From: an uncultured archaeon | GTDB taxonomy: Archaea > Altiarchaeota > Altiarchaeia > IMC4 > QMZM01 | Assembly: GCA_964549685.1 (NCBI GenBank) | Contig: CAZJVE010000002.1 | Coordinates: 64,001-128,000, forward strand | Reading direction: 5' to 3' | DNA length: 64,000 bases | Shown here: positions 9,493 through 19,879 of the stretch, piece after piece | How positions within the stretch are numbered: position 1 is the stretch's first letter | Layout: each line of letters opens with the position of its first letter | The notes under the pieces: model-generated | Database searches by the model: none | Seen by the model: the letters and a program-made list of their open reading frames with translations, nothing else | What the model was told of the DNA's origin: nothing | Position numbers and translations under genes: made by a program

Positions 9493-12400
9493 TTACATAA
9501 ATTCAGACAGCCCCACCTGCTTCGACAAGTCATTGGTAAAGAGGGAGTCTATGTCCCTCTCCAGCAGCGTGAGCCTCTGGTCCATGTAGGGTGAGCATTT
9601 ATATCTGTCGCATAGGTCGGCGGAGATGCCCAGGTACTTCCTTATCGAGCCCTCAGAGACGGTCAGGAGAAGCCTGTCGCCGCACTTCGTGCATTTCCCT
9701 GAGAGAGGTACCCTCCTGTACGACGCGTTGCATTTCACGCATCGGAACTTCTGCTTTGTAAATGTTCTCAGGTTTCCATAGATGTCCCGCAAGAAGTGGG
9801 AGTTTATCACGAGCTCTGCAACGGTCCTCTCGTCTATGGCGCGAATCTTTTCCGCTACCTCGAGCTGCGCATCCACCTTCTCCCTCATCTTGCCCAGTTT
9901 CAGATACCTTGATTTTATTACCGGGCCGGTTATGTCCCTGGTGGAGTGGGTAAAGCTCAGGCCCGAGTAGGGGTTGCTGTCAAGGACGTCGTTGACGGTC
10001 TTTATCTTAATCTCAGAGGGATTAATTCCCAGCCACGTCTTCTCGTAGAATTCTAATGGATACGAGTCTATTATCTCGACCTTGTGCGCCTCGTCGTCTA
10101 TCTCCCTGGGATTCATTATCGTCGTTATGACAAGCGGGGCGTCCATTTTCCCGCCCCTCTCCTCCGGGAGATATCTCTTGGAGAAGTTTATTAACGTATC
10201 TAACATCAGCATCAGGGAGTCTTCGTCACCATCGGCGTTTCGACGTTTTGCAGCGTGCCAGAAGGGGTGCGCATAGCAGACTGAGGCCCTGTTGAATCCG
10301 ACAATCCTGCCGACTATTCCTGCTGAGGTGTGGGGCGCAAGGCCGACAATGAGATGGCCCAGCAAATCCTCCGGCATCTTTGCATTATAGAATCTCGGTA
10401 AGCCATAGAACCTCTCAAGGAGGTCATCGATGAACCTTGAGACCTTCAGGAGATAGTCGCCGCCGTTCGTTGGTACTATGACGTCCTGTACCCTAAGCTC
10501 CACAATCTGCTCCGGGTTCTTCAGTTCCTCGCCTTTATAGTCTTCCGTATAGCCGAGCTCCTTCAGCATGTCAATGCTGACTCCCACCTCGACTGGCTTG
10601 AAATGTGTAAGGGGGGCATCGGTTGCATCGAATCTTATCGAGCCGTCTTTGAAGACGAAGACATCATTCTTCGCCCTCAGGATTCCCTTTTCCAGTGGCT
10701 CTGGAATCTTATCCTTTGATATCATCCCCTTTACACCCTTTACGTTCAGGACGCGCCCGGCCTTCTTGGTTGCAATAGCCCATAACTCGGCCATGCTTAT
10801 GTCCTTTGCCTGCACCCCCCTTAGCGCGGCATTCTTTCCGCACTGCGGGCATTTCGAGGATATGGTGCTTATTCTGCAGTCGCTGCATTCATAGTTTGCA
10901 ATGTCCACCCTTATTGTGCTGTTCTCGGCCGCAACCCGGATGTCCCTTTCCCTCCCCCCGTAGTCCCCGATTGGGAACAACGAATGCACGGCCGGCCGCA
11001 TCTTCCTCTCCCTGGCCTTCTCCGGGCGGCCCATTCTAGCCCCTATGTATGTCCCTGCTCTGGCCCTTATCGTTATTGGAGAAATTGCCTTGATAAACTC
11101 CAGGGCGGTCTTGCCTGAGAATTTCTCCAGTTTCTGGTTGAATTCATCGAGGGTGAGTCTTACTCCGTCGTAGGCGCCGGTTGGATACAGCAGCGGCATG
11201 TATTCGTCTATTATGATGAGATTGTCCTGCACTTCGTGGGGAACGCCGAGCAGCTCCAGAACCCTTTTCGCCCCTGGATTATTCTCCACAATGAACCTGC
11301 CGTCCTTAATCCCGCCGGTTGAGAGCCAGCCGACAAGGAGCTTCAGCTCCTCTTTGCCGATGTCCTCCCAGAAGTAGGTATAGCACGGGTGCAAGGGAAT
11401 GGAGAATTCCTTTGCAAGCTGCACGGCCTCCTCTGGCCCGGGAACGTCCAGGGGAATCCTCTCGCTCACCTTCTTCGCCTCTAGCTTCCACCACTCCTCG
11501 CAGTATCCTGCAGGAAGAAGCGACGTGTTGGTCTGGAGCATGTCGCCGTAGCTTATGAGGATATCGCCAAGGAAGAGAACCTCGGCAACATCCTTGCTAA
11601 TCTTCCTCGCATATTCCTCGCTCTCCGCCCTGACGACGCTGCCATTCTTGAGCTTTACTATGGGGCCGTCAATCTCATTGCAGTTCGTTATTATGCAGCC
11701 CTTCCCGGGCCGCTCGACCTTTACCTGCGTTCCTGTTGCGATGAATTCGTCGAGCAGAATCATCGTGGCAGGATGCATTGCCTTTGCTGCGATTCCTGTG
11801 GCTCTGCCCCTCCCATATCTCAGCCTGAAGGCGCCCTTGGCCGAGGGGGATGCAAATACGGGCCTGCCCCCAACGGTCTCGGACATGAACAGCTCAAGGG
11901 GCTTTATGCCCTTGTCCCCTTCCACCTTCTTGCCCACATCCGAAAGCCAGCCCCACTCCAGTCCCATGTTGCTGGCATGCTTCATCAGTTTGCCGGATTT
12001 CTGCGCTATCCCCTCCGCAATGACCAGGCACATGCCGCCCCTTATCCTGTTCGTTTCGACCCCTTTCAGGTCCCTGTGGATGGAGACTTCTCTCTTTTCC
12101 GTCGGGTCGCCGTCGACGCAGACGGAGAGGTTCTTCACTATGGACCTTATCTCGTCCTCGGTCGGCATGTACTGCAGCCTTGTAACTCTGTCGTTGTATA
12201 TCTTTATTTCCTCGACGTAGCGCTCTATCTCATCGCCTGTCGGACGGTATCCCTGCAGCCCCGTCTTTGTCCTGAGGTAATCTCCTATGAGGACTGCCAA
12301 TCCCTGTGCTGTTCCTCCTGCGCTCCTTATCGGCCCGGCGAAGTACACGGAAAGGCGCTGTGAACCATCGGCGTTGCTATTTATCTTCACCTTTGAGATT

Positions 12401-12732
12401 CCCTCGATTGGAGCAGCAACAACTCCTTCGGTAATTATGGCGAGCCCCGTCCTGAGGGCCTGTTCGATTCTCTTCTCCTTCACGGGGTTTGGGATACCTG
12501 ATATGTCTCCCAGGAGATAGTCCAGAATCTCCGCAAGGTTTTCCCTGCCCAGCTCCTTAATCTTTGCCGAGATTCCTTCAGGACCGACAAGACCCTCGAC
12601 CCGCGTCGCAAGGTCTCCTGCGGGAAGGGATTCAACGGTAAAGTCGGGGTCCTTGCCCTCTGCACGGGCCTTGTTTGCTATCTCGTACGCCAGGGATATC
12701 TTGTCCCTCAGCTCCGTGAAATATTTTTCCAT
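9493..12732 (-). CDS. polC: DNA polymerase D large subunit DP2
   Basis: AGPIRSAGGTAQ, RMGRPEKA, GLAPHTSAG, HAAKRRNADGDED catalytic motif and C-terminal CxxC zinc fingers. No intein evident. Confidence 0.97.
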   Translation of the reverse strand: MEKYFTELRDKISLAYEIANKARAEGKDPDFTVESLPAGDLATRVEGLVGPEGISAKIKELGRENLAEILDYLLGDISGIPNPVKEKRIEQALRTGLAIITEGVVAAPIEGISKVKINSNADGSQRLSVYFAGPIRSAGGTAQGLAVLIGDYLRTKTGLQGYRPTGDEIERYVEEIKIYNDRVTRLQYMPTEDEIRSIVKNLSVCVDGDPTEKREVSIHRDLKGVETNRIRGGMCLVIAEGIAQKSGKLMKHASNMGLEWGWLSDVGKKVEGDKGIKPLELFMSETVGGRPVFASPSAKGAFRLRYGRGRATGIAAKAMHPATMILLDEFIATGTQVKVERPGKGCIITNCNEIDGPIVKLKNGSVVRAESEEYARKISKDVAEVLFLGDILISYGDMLQTNTSLLPAGYCEEWWKLEAKKVSERIPLDVPGPEEAVQLAKEFSIPLHPCYTYFWEDIGKEELKLLVGWLSTGGIKDGRFIVENNPGAKRVLELLGVPHEVQDNLIIIDEYMPLLYPTGAYDGVRLTLDEFNQKLEKFSGKTALEFIKAISPITIRARAGTYIGARMGRPEKARERKMRPAVHSLFPIGDYGGRERDIRVAAENSTIRVDIANYECSDCRISTISSKCPQCGKNAALRGVQAKDISMAELWAIATKKAGRVLNVKGVKGMISKDKIPEPLEKGILRAKNDVFVFKDGSIRFDATDAPLTHFKPVEVGVSIDMLKELGYTEDYKGEELKNPEQIVELRVQDVIVPTNGGDYLLKVSRFIDDLLERFYGLPRFYNAKMPEDLLGHLIVGLAPHTSAGIVGRIVGFNRASVCYAHPFWHAAKRRNADGDEDSLMLMLDTLINFSKRYLPEERGGKMDAPLVITTIMNPREIDDEAHKVEIIDSYPLEFYEKTWLGINPSEIKIKTVNDVLDSNPYSGLSFTHSTRDITGPVIKSRYLKLGKMREKVDAQLEVAEKIRAIDERTVAELVINSHFLRDIYGNLRTFTKQKFRCVKCNASYRRVPLSGKCTKCGDRLLLTVSEGSIRKYLGISADLCDRYKCSPYMDQRLTLLERDIDSLFTNDLSKQVGLSEFM

Positions 12733-12733
12733 C

Positions 12734-14224
12734 TTAGAAGTGAACCACTGAGACCTCGTGGCTCATAAGGTTCATGACCGGCACCCTGGCCGGGGTGGGC
12801 TCGTGCCCCTGCGCCTCCTGGAACTTTGTCCTGCCCTGGAAGGTACCTGAGTTTATTATCTTTATTCCCCTGTAATCTGCATAGCCGTTTGTATGGACGT
12901 GCCCTGCATGGAATATGTCGGGGATGTCCCGGATGACGAGGTAGTCCTCCCTCTCCGGCGATATGTTGTCGTTGCCGTAGCTCGGTATGAGGTATCTCCT
13001 CTTGAAGTATTCTACCATTGCCGTTTCCGGCCTTGAATAGGTGCAGTTTGCCAGGGAGCCGATTGTCGTGTCCAGCGAGGCCCCGTGGTACATGAGGGTC
13101 TTTACTCCATGGGTCGAGACCGTTGCGGGGTTTCCCACGACATGGACGTTGGGGAGGTCATAAAGGCGCCCGCCAATGTCTTTGTCCAGCCTCGGTTGCG
13201 GTTCTGCGCCCCTGACGGCATCGTGATTGCCCATGGAAAGCACCACCTCGATATAGTCGGGAACCTTCTCAAGCAGCGACGCAAAAAAATCGTACTGTTT
13301 GTAGATGTCGGGTATTGAAAGTTCATCCTCCTGATTCGGGTATATGCCTACTCCATCAACCAGGTCCCCTGCAACAAGGACATACTTTATCCTCTGGAAT
13401 TTATCATGGTTGTTGCACTTGAGGTTCAGGCAGTCCAGGAAGTGGTTGAATTCCTTTTCGAGGAAGAGATAGCTGCCGACATGGATGTCCGAGAGAAGCG
13501 CCATACAGACCTCCTCTTCAGCTGAATTGGTCTTGTTGTCGAGAGGCACGTCGGGCTGGAATACCTCGCTCGCGATGAAGAGGTCCTTGTGCATCTTGCC
13601 CCGTATACCTACCACCTCATCAAGCATGACTCTGCCATACAGCTCGTCCATAAGGCGGTTGCTGTCCTTTGGGATGAGGACAGTCAGCTCTCCGGAGGGG
13701 TCCTCCACCTCGAGGAACCTGTAGCCATTCTTGCTTTCCCTCTTGTCAGTCACCATGACGATTATGGATGTCGTGTCTTCGGGATGCTGCTTCTTGATGG
13801 CACTTATCGGAACAGCGCCCTTGAGAACGTCCCTGTCCCTCAGTATCTCCCTGATGTTCTGGTATTTCTTGTTGAAGTATCCTACAAAGTCCTCTATCTT
13901 GCCCTCGCAGGTGGACTTCTTGGTTATGTCCTTCTCGTCGAATATCTTCAGCTCGGCGTCTATCTCCTTTGCGAAGATGCTTTTGCTGGGCCGTTTAACA
14001 TCTGCTTTTTTCTCATCAATGCTCTCTGTCCCCCTTTCACCCGGGACAAACTCCTGCAGGAATTCGTCCGTAACGAGCCACAGCTTCCTGTCCTTCGCTA
14101 CCTTTAGAATCTCGTTCACGTTCAGTTCATGCTGGGAAATTCTGTCGAATCCGCCAGAACTAAGAACTATCCCATTCTCTGCAAATTTTCTAGTTACCTC
14201 ATCTCCGATGTCCAACAAAACCAC
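12734..14224 (-). CDS. polB: DNA polymerase D small subunit DP1 (proofreading exonuclease)
   Basis: OB fold followed by phosphoesterase motifs SDIHVGS, GDLVDGVGIYP, GNHD and GHVH. Adjacent to DP2. Confidence 0.95.
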   Translation of the reverse strand: MVLLDIGDEVTRKFAENGIVLSSGGFDRISQHELNVNEILKVAKDRKLWLVTDEFLQEFVPGERGTESIDEKKADVKRPSKSIFAKEIDAELKIFDEKDITKKSTCEGKIEDFVGYFNKKYQNIREILRDRDVLKGAVPISAIKKQHPEDTTSIIVMVTDKRESKNGYRFLEVEDPSGELTVLIPKDSNRLMDELYGRVMLDEVVGIRGKMHKDLFIASEVFQPDVPLDNKTNSAEEEVCMALLSDIHVGSYLFLEKEFNHFLDCLNLKCNNHDKFQRIKYVLVAGDLVDGVGIYPNQEDELSIPDIYKQYDFFASLLEKVPDYIEVVLSMGNHDAVRGAEPQPRLDKDIGGRLYDLPNVHVVGNPATVSTHGVKTLMYHGASLDTTIGSLANCTYSRPETAMVEYFKRRYLIPSYGNDNISPEREDYLVIRDIPDIFHAGHVHTNGYADYRGIKIINSGTFQGRTKFQEAQGHEPTPARVPVMNLMSHEVSVVHF

Positions 14225-15139
14225 CTACTTCTCCCTGAAGAAATTCCTGATTTTCTCGACAACGACGGTTCCTGCGTTAATCTGGGCCTCATCCGTGGAA
14301 GCACCTAGGTGCGGCATCAGGACGACGTTCTCCAGTTCCGTGAGAGGGCTCCCCTCTGGGGGCTCGTTCTCGAAGACATCCAACACAGCGCCCCCTATCT
14401 TGCCGTTCTTCAGGGCGTCATGGAGGGCCTTCTCGTTGACCACGCCACCTCTCGCTATGTTCACTATAATCGCCGAGTCCTTCATGAGGTCCATCTTCCC
14501 CTCGTCTATCAGGTTCCTTGTGCCCTCTACCAGCGGGATGTGCAGCGTCACTACATCCGCCTTCCCAAGCAGGTCGTCAAGCTCCATGCATGTGGCGTTG
14601 AATTCCCTCGCGTCCTCGGCAGTTATGTTCGGGTCATAGGCAAGAATATCCATGCCGAACGCCCTCGCCCTTTCCCCCACCTCTCTGCCGATTCTGCCGA
14701 AGCCGACAATGCCCAGGGTCTTTCCATAGAGCTCGTTTCCTGTGAACCTGCTCCTCTCCCACTTGCCTTCCCTCATGCTTTTATCGGCATGGTGGATGTT
14801 CCTGAGCAGGGCCAGCAGCGAGCCAATAACCAGTTCGGTCACGGCAATGGTGCTTGCCTCCGGGGAATTCACGACCTCTATCCCCTTCTCCTTGGCTGCT
14901 TCAAGGTCCACGTTGTCGAGCCCAACTCCGGCGCGGCCTATAATCTTCAGGTCGCCTGCCTCTATAAGCTCTCTCGTGGCCTTGGTCCCGCTTCTCACAA
15001 TCAGCGCGTCATAGCCCGGAACCTTCGCTAGAACCTCCTCTGGGGAATGTCCGTAGAACTCCTCCACCTCTGCAAAGCCCTTTGCCACCTCTATCGCGGC
15101 AGGATGTAGCTTGTCGGTAATCAGAATCTTTGGCTTCAT
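14225..15139 (-). CDS. serA: D-3-phosphoglycerate dehydrogenase (no ACT domain)
   Basis: GRAGVGLDNVD, GIVGFGRIG, NIARGG, LDVFENEP and PHLGAST. Confidence 0.85.
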   Translation of the reverse strand: MKPKILITDKLHPAAIEVAKGFAEVEEFYGHSPEEVLAKVPGYDALIVRSGTKATRELIEAGDLKIIGRAGVGLDNVDLEAAKEKGIEVVNSPEASTIAVTELVIGSLLALLRNIHHADKSMREGKWERSRFTGNELYGKTLGIVGFGRIGREVGERARAFGMDILAYDPNITAEDAREFNATCMELDDLLGKADVVTLHIPLVEGTRNLIDEGKMDLMKDSAIIVNIARGGVVNEKALHDALKNGKIGGAVLDVFENEPPEGSPLTELENVVLMPHLGASTDEAQINAGTVVVEKIRNFFREK

Positions 15140-15171
15140 GTATTATTATGTGAGGGAGAATATTTATTAGG

Positions 15172-16086
15172 ATGGTTGAAATTTCGACGGATATATCTGG
15201 AGCGAAACTGAAAAACCCGACGATTCTCGCAGCGGGGATTCTCGGAGTCGCCTCTGCCACCCTTGACAGGGCGGCGAATTCCGGAGCAGGGGCGGTAACT
15301 ACAAAGTCTATTGGGCCCGAGAAGAGGAAGGGGCACCCTAACCCGGTCGTCGTTGAAACCCCGTGCGGCCTCCTAAATGCAGTAGGGCTTTCATGCCCTT
15401 CGCTCGAGGAGTCCATCGAGGAGCTGGAAAAGGCGGTAAAGGAGCTCAATGTCCCTGTCATAGCAAGCTTTTATGCCCACTCGGAGAAGGACTTTGGCCG
15501 GCTGGCCAAAGAAATTTCCGGGGCAAAACCGGCATTCCTTGAAGCCAACATCTCGTGCCCCAACGTGGAGCATGAATTCGGCAGCGCCTTCGGAACGGAC
15601 CCCGGGGCAGCTTCAAGGATAACGGCAGAGATTAAGAATTCAACCAAAATCCCCCTGATAGTCAAACTGACCCCCAACGTTACTTCTATCCGAGATATTG
15701 GAAGGGCCGTTGCCGATGCGGGAGCAGATGCAATCACAGCCATAAACACCTACGGCCCCGGAATGGCAATAAATGCAGAGACTGGAAAGCCCGTTCTCAC
15801 AAACAAATTCGGGGGGCTGTCGGGCCCTGCCATGAAGCCCATAGCATTGCGATGCGTCTACGAGCTCTACGAGGAGGTGAAGATTCCCATCATAGGCACG
15901 GGTGGAATCCAGACAGGCAAGGACATGGCCGAGATGCTGATGGCCGGAGCTTCAGCATGCGGCATTGGAACCGCAATAATGGACCGCGGCATAGAGGCAT
16001 TCTCCGAAATCTGCAGGGAGCTGGAAGAATTCATGGACAAAAACGGGCATTCCAAGGCCACGGATTTAATCGGAATGTCACACTAG
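15172..16086 (+). CDS. pyrD: Dihydroorotate dehydrogenase, family 1
   Basis: EANISCPN, VKLTPN, AINT, GGLSGPAMKP and IIGTGGI. Confidence 0.95.
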   Translation: MVEISTDISGAKLKNPTILAAGILGVASATLDRAANSGAGAVTTKSIGPEKRKGHPNPVVVETPCGLLNAVGLSCPSLEESIEELEKAVKELNVPVIASFYAHSEKDFGRLAKEISGAKPAFLEANISCPNVEHEFGSAFGTDPGAASRITAEIKNSTKIPLIVKLTPNVTSIRDIGRAVADAGADAITAINTYGPGMAINAETGKPVLTNKFGGLSGPAMKPIALRCVYELYEEVKIPIIGTGGIQTGKDMAEMLMAGASACGIGTAIMDRGIEAFSEICRELEEFMDKNGHSKATDLIGMSH

Positions 16087-16769
16087 CCTGAGTTAATCCA
16101 GTCATTTATTATGTCTAGAAGGTCGCTGCTGTCTATCTCTCCGCTGGCCCACCGGTTTATCGCATTCACTATCTCGTCCAGCGTCACCTCGCCGTCGCTG
16201 TTTTCATCCGCCGGGAGCCCGGAGGCAATATCCACTGAAACGTCCCCGTCTATATCTGCTGTAACCTCAGATTCGGTGTCCGGGTCTATGTACGTGTATT
16301 GCCCCGCAATCTCCACGGTGCCGGACGCATTCTCCGGCACGCCGACAGTATATGTGATATTCCTCGTATAGAAGTTGGATGAGAACAACAGCCATTTAAT
16401 CTCCCCTGTTTCGGTGTCATGGGAGGTGTATGCCGGGCTGGGGCCGGTAGCGCTCCATCCCGGGGGAATGTATTCATTAATGGTAACGGCGTTCGGGGGG
16501 CTGTCCCCTTTGACAACAAGCAGGGTTACCTCGAGGCCGGTTTCAGGCGATGCCGAGGATGGCAGCTCCCTGCTCACGGCCACGGTCGTTGCAACAGAAC
16601 CCGGCGGCCCTGGCGGAAGCGGATATGCAGTAGTCGTTGTCGTAACGTCATCCGGAGGCGCCGGCGGAGTCATAAGTGTCAGTAAGCCGATTATGGTCGG
16701 CTTGAAGACCGCTATTGACGCGAGAAAAATAAAAATCAGAATCGCCATATGGAGAGGCTGCGCTTTCAT
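16083..16769 (-). CDS. Small protein with an N-terminal TM, Pro/Thr linker, Ig-like domain and dockerin-like tail
   Basis: Hydrophobic N-terminus; VSRELPSS...EYIPPGW domain resembles the one in 6037..8553; ends PADENSDGEVTLDEIVNAINRWASGEIDSSDLLDIINDW. Confidence 0.8.
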   Translation of the reverse strand: MKAQPLHMAILIFIFLASIAVFKPTIIGLLTLMTPPAPPDDVTTTTTAYPLPPGPPGSVATTVAVSRELPSSASPETGLEVTLLVVKGDSPPNAVTINEYIPPGWSATGPSPAYTSHDTETGEIKWLLFSSNFYTRNITYTVGVPENASGTVEIAGQYTYIDPDTESEVTADIDGDVSVDIASGLPADENSDGEVTLDEIVNAINRWASGEIDSSDLLDIINDWINSG

Positions 16770-16833
16770 TATTTATAATTAGATGCAGCCCGATAAATAC
16801 ATAACTTTTAAGCCGTCAGTATAAATATTTTCT

Positions 16834-17958
16834 ATGTTCGATGAGCTCTACAGTTCTATGGTGAAGAAAGCGGACTACCGGGCCCTGATGTTTGTCCCGC
16901 CAGTCATCGCAATTCTTCTTCTCCTATTAATCCTGGTAAACGGCATCCCCCTTGGAATAGACTTCAGAGGAGGCACATGGATTGAGGTTTCTAGCAACAG
17001 CGAGATTCCCGCAGGCACTCTGAATTCCCTGGAATCCGAGCTTATATCTGCAGGGCTCGAGAACCTCAAGATACAGTCGGGCAGGGAGACCGGGACAGGA
17101 ATATACAAAACCTACATCGAGACAACCACCGAGGTGGACGAGGAGGCAATCAGACCGATACTCGAGAGGAGCTTTGGCGAACTCAGCGACATAGATTCTG
17201 CGACCGTTACACTCTCCGGCGAGATTCCCTTTGACCTTGCGGACAACCTGAGGTCGAGAATTCCCGGAGTTGATGTTGAACTGGACGAGAATTCGTCCGT
17301 TCTCAGGGTATCTGCAATCGAACTTGATGCAGAGGAACTGGAGAGCGCAATTGAATACTATCTCGGCTATGACGTTTCCATGGAATTTCAGTCGAAGAAC
17401 TTCAACAGCAGGAGGGTCGGAGCCACTCTGGGCTCAAGGTTCCGGGACCAGGGCCTCAACGCCCTTCTTTACGCCTATCTCCTTATAATTCTGGTGGTCT
17501 TCGTTGCCTTCAGGGACTTCATCCCATCCATTACCGTTATTCTGGCCGCGACCCTTGACGGTGTGATAGCTGCCGGGGGAATGGCACTCTTTGGAATCAT
17601 TCTCGAGCCCGCATCTCTCGTCGCAATCCTTATGCTTGTCGGTTACTCTGTTGATACCAACATTCTCCTGACGACCCGGGTTCTGCGTGGGAAGTTCGGC
17701 ACAATCAATGAAAGGATAGACGATGCCATGAAGACCGGCCTTACCATGTCGGCAACCACTATCCTGGTAATGGCGGTCATACTATTTGTGTCAAGCGAGG
17801 TGTTCAGGATATCGACGCTGAGCAGCATAGCCGCAGTCCTTCTCATAGGCCTTATCGGCGACCTGGCAACGACCTGGCTCATGAACGCAGGAATCCTCAA
17901 GTGGTACGTGGAGGAGAAGAGAGGCAAACTCCGGCTCTTCAGGAGGGGCAGAAGATGA
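16834..17958 (+). CDS. secF: Protein translocase subunit SecF
   Basis: GIPLGIDFRGG, LVGYSVDTNILL and AGILKWY. Confidence 0.93.
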   Translation: MFDELYSSMVKKADYRALMFVPPVIAILLLLLILVNGIPLGIDFRGGTWIEVSSNSEIPAGTLNSLESELISAGLENLKIQSGRETGTGIYKTYIETTTEVDEEAIRPILERSFGELSDIDSATVTLSGEIPFDLADNLRSRIPGVDVELDENSSVLRVSAIELDAEELESAIEYYLGYDVSMEFQSKNFNSRRVGATLGSRFRDQGLNALLYAYLLIILVVFVAFRDFIPSITVILAATLDGVIAAGGMALFGIILEPASLVAILMLVGYSVDTNILLTTRVLRGKFGTINERIDDAMKTGLTMSATTILVMAVILFVSSEVFRISTLSSIAAVLLIGLIGDLATTWLMNAGILKWYVEEKRGKLRLFRRGRR

Positions 17959-19511
17959 GCACACTCAAGAGCGTGAGGGTCTGGGTGATGATAACGGCAG
18001 TGACACTGTCCTTACTAATGGTTTCCAACATAATCCCCATGAACAAAGGGGAAGAAATTGCCTTCGGGAACGGCCTCGACTACGGCCTCGACTTTGCGGG
18101 AGGCATTCAGATGCAGCTCAAGCTGGAGCGGCCCCTGGACGATGCCAATACCATGGCAGTCGAGAAGGGAATCCTCGAGAACAGGCTGAATGCGATGGGG
18201 CTGAAGGACATCGTGATAAGGCCCTGGGGCAACCAGTATATCCTCCTTGAGATAGCGAGCGCCTCTCCAAGCGACGTGAAGAGGATAGAGGACATACTGA
18301 AGCAGCAGGCGAGATTCGAGGCACGGATAGACGGAGAGGTTGCAATCAGCGGCTCAGATATAAGCATCGACCTCAGCCCGGAAGGAAGGGGCGTAAGCAG
18401 GTCGGAGCCGTCCGAATGGTACGTCGCAATAAAAAACAGCATGGCCGGCGGAGAAAGCTTCTGCCGCGTAGGGAAAAACAAGAGGAACAAGCCGATAGAC
18501 ATGTTCCTCGACAGGCCGGAAAACACGTTCTTCCTGATGGACAACGGAACCTACTCGATACTGAAAGACCTCAGGGGCAGGGACCTGGCCAGCTACATAA
18601 AGATTATAGAGAACCGTTCCGTAATCCCCGTCGTGGTTGCCCTGAACGATACCCTGAACATGAGTGAGGTATCCTCCCTCAAGGAGTCGGGCTTTGACAG
18701 GGCGATGATTCTGGAGGAGGAGGACCGGGTGTCCAACCGGCTGAGGAACGAGCTGGAGGAGAACGGCATAAAGACCGAGAGAAGGGCCAAGGGCAACGAA
18801 AGCTACGAGGAGTGGGTCATGGACATAATCGGCCTTCAATCCTCCCCGGTACTGAGGTGCGACCCCTGCTCCCAGTGCAAGTACAGCGCAATCATAACCG
18901 GGCAGGCATCAACCTACCAGGAGGCCGAGGCGGATATGAGGAGCACGCAGATACTCCTTGGCTCAGGGAACCTCCCGGCAAAGGCGACAATCGAGTCAAA
19001 GTCCGAGGTTCCGGCATCGTTAGGTGGAGAGTTCCTGAGATACAGCTTCATAATCGGAATCCTGGCAGTCTTTACCGTCGCTTTGGTTGTATTCCTTAGG
19101 TACAAGAGGCCGGAGATGGTCGTTCCAATAATGATGACCTCGCTCTCGGAGATAATCATCATCCTGGGCGTTGCCTCGTTGATAAGCTGGGAGCTCGACC
19201 TTCCCGCGGTTGCCGGAATCATAGCTGCAGTGGGAACCGGAGTCGACCACCAGATAATCATCACCGATGAAAGCATAAGCAGGAGGCACAGCGAACAAAA
19301 GAAGAAGCTCGTAAGCATCGTTGAGAGAATAAAGAGGGCGTTTTTCATAATATTCGTTTCGGCGGCAACAACGATTGCCGTGATGATACCTGTATTCCTG
19401 ATACAGTCGCTGAAGGGCTTTGCGTTAACAACGGCGGTAGGCGTATTCATCGGGATAATAATAACCCGGCCGGCTTACGCCAAGATAATAGAGGGGATTC
19501 TGAAAAGATAG
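17955..19511 (+). CDS. secD: Protein translocase subunit SecD
   Basis: GLDFAGG, LGSGNLP, AAVGTGVDHQIII and ITRPAY. Start reassigned to ATG 17955, overlapping the secF stop (ATGA). Confidence 0.93.
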   Translation: MSTLKSVRVWVMITAVTLSLLMVSNIIPMNKGEEIAFGNGLDYGLDFAGGIQMQLKLERPLDDANTMAVEKGILENRLNAMGLKDIVIRPWGNQYILLEIASASPSDVKRIEDILKQQARFEARIDGEVAISGSDISIDLSPEGRGVSRSEPSEWYVAIKNSMAGGESFCRVGKNKRNKPIDMFLDRPENTFFLMDNGTYSILKDLRGRDLASYIKIIENRSVIPVVVALNDTLNMSEVSSLKESGFDRAMILEEEDRVSNRLRNELEENGIKTERRAKGNESYEEWVMDIIGLQSSPVLRCDPCSQCKYSAIITGQASTYQEAEADMRSTQILLGSGNLPAKATIESKSEVPASLGGEFLRYSFIIGILAVFTVALVVFLRYKRPEMVVPIMMTSLSEIIIILGVASLISWELDLPAVAGIIAAVGTGVDHQIIITDESISRRHSEQKKKLVSIVERIKRAFFIIFVSAATTIAVMIPVFLIQSLKGFALTTAVGVFIGIIITRPAYAKIIEGILKR

Positions 19512-19556
19512 GCCCATTTTTTATTCTCGATTACTATTCTTAATATCACTCCAAAA

Positions 19557-19877
19557 ATGAAAGAACTCGAACAGATAAAGAAGGTCGAGGAGACGGTTGA
19601 AAAGTCCGTTGAGAAGGCTAGGAAGGATGCTGAGAAGAGGATTAACGACCTGAGGGCGAGCAGGGGCACGAGACTGGAAAAGGCCAAGGAAAGCGCCGAG
19701 AAGAGCATGGACAAGAAGATAAAGGGCGCGAAAGAGAAGGCCGATGGCGAGGCAAAAAGGCTAAACTCAGGGGTTGCCGGCGAGATATCCGAGCTTGAGA
19801 AACAGACCAAGAAGAATTTTAACAGTGCAGTTGACTTTATCGTGGACGAGTTCTCAAGGATAGGGGGCGGCGATTAA
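19557..19877 (+). CDS. A/V-type ATP synthase peripheral stalk subunit H (G)
   Basis: Short Lys/Glu coiled coil ending NFNSAVDFIV; precedes subunit E. Confidence 0.75.
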   Translation: MKELEQIKKVEETVEKSVEKARKDAEKRINDLRASRGTRLEKAKESAEKSMDKKIKGAKEKADGEAKRLNSGVAGEISELEKQTKKNFNSAVDFIVDEFSRIGGGD

Positions 19878-19879
19878 AA

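Noticed and set aside
9493-12732. Intein in DP2 (also considered for infB, lig and valS)
   Set aside because: Lengths are normal, catalytic motifs are contiguous, and no intein termini or LAGLIDADG blocks were seen.
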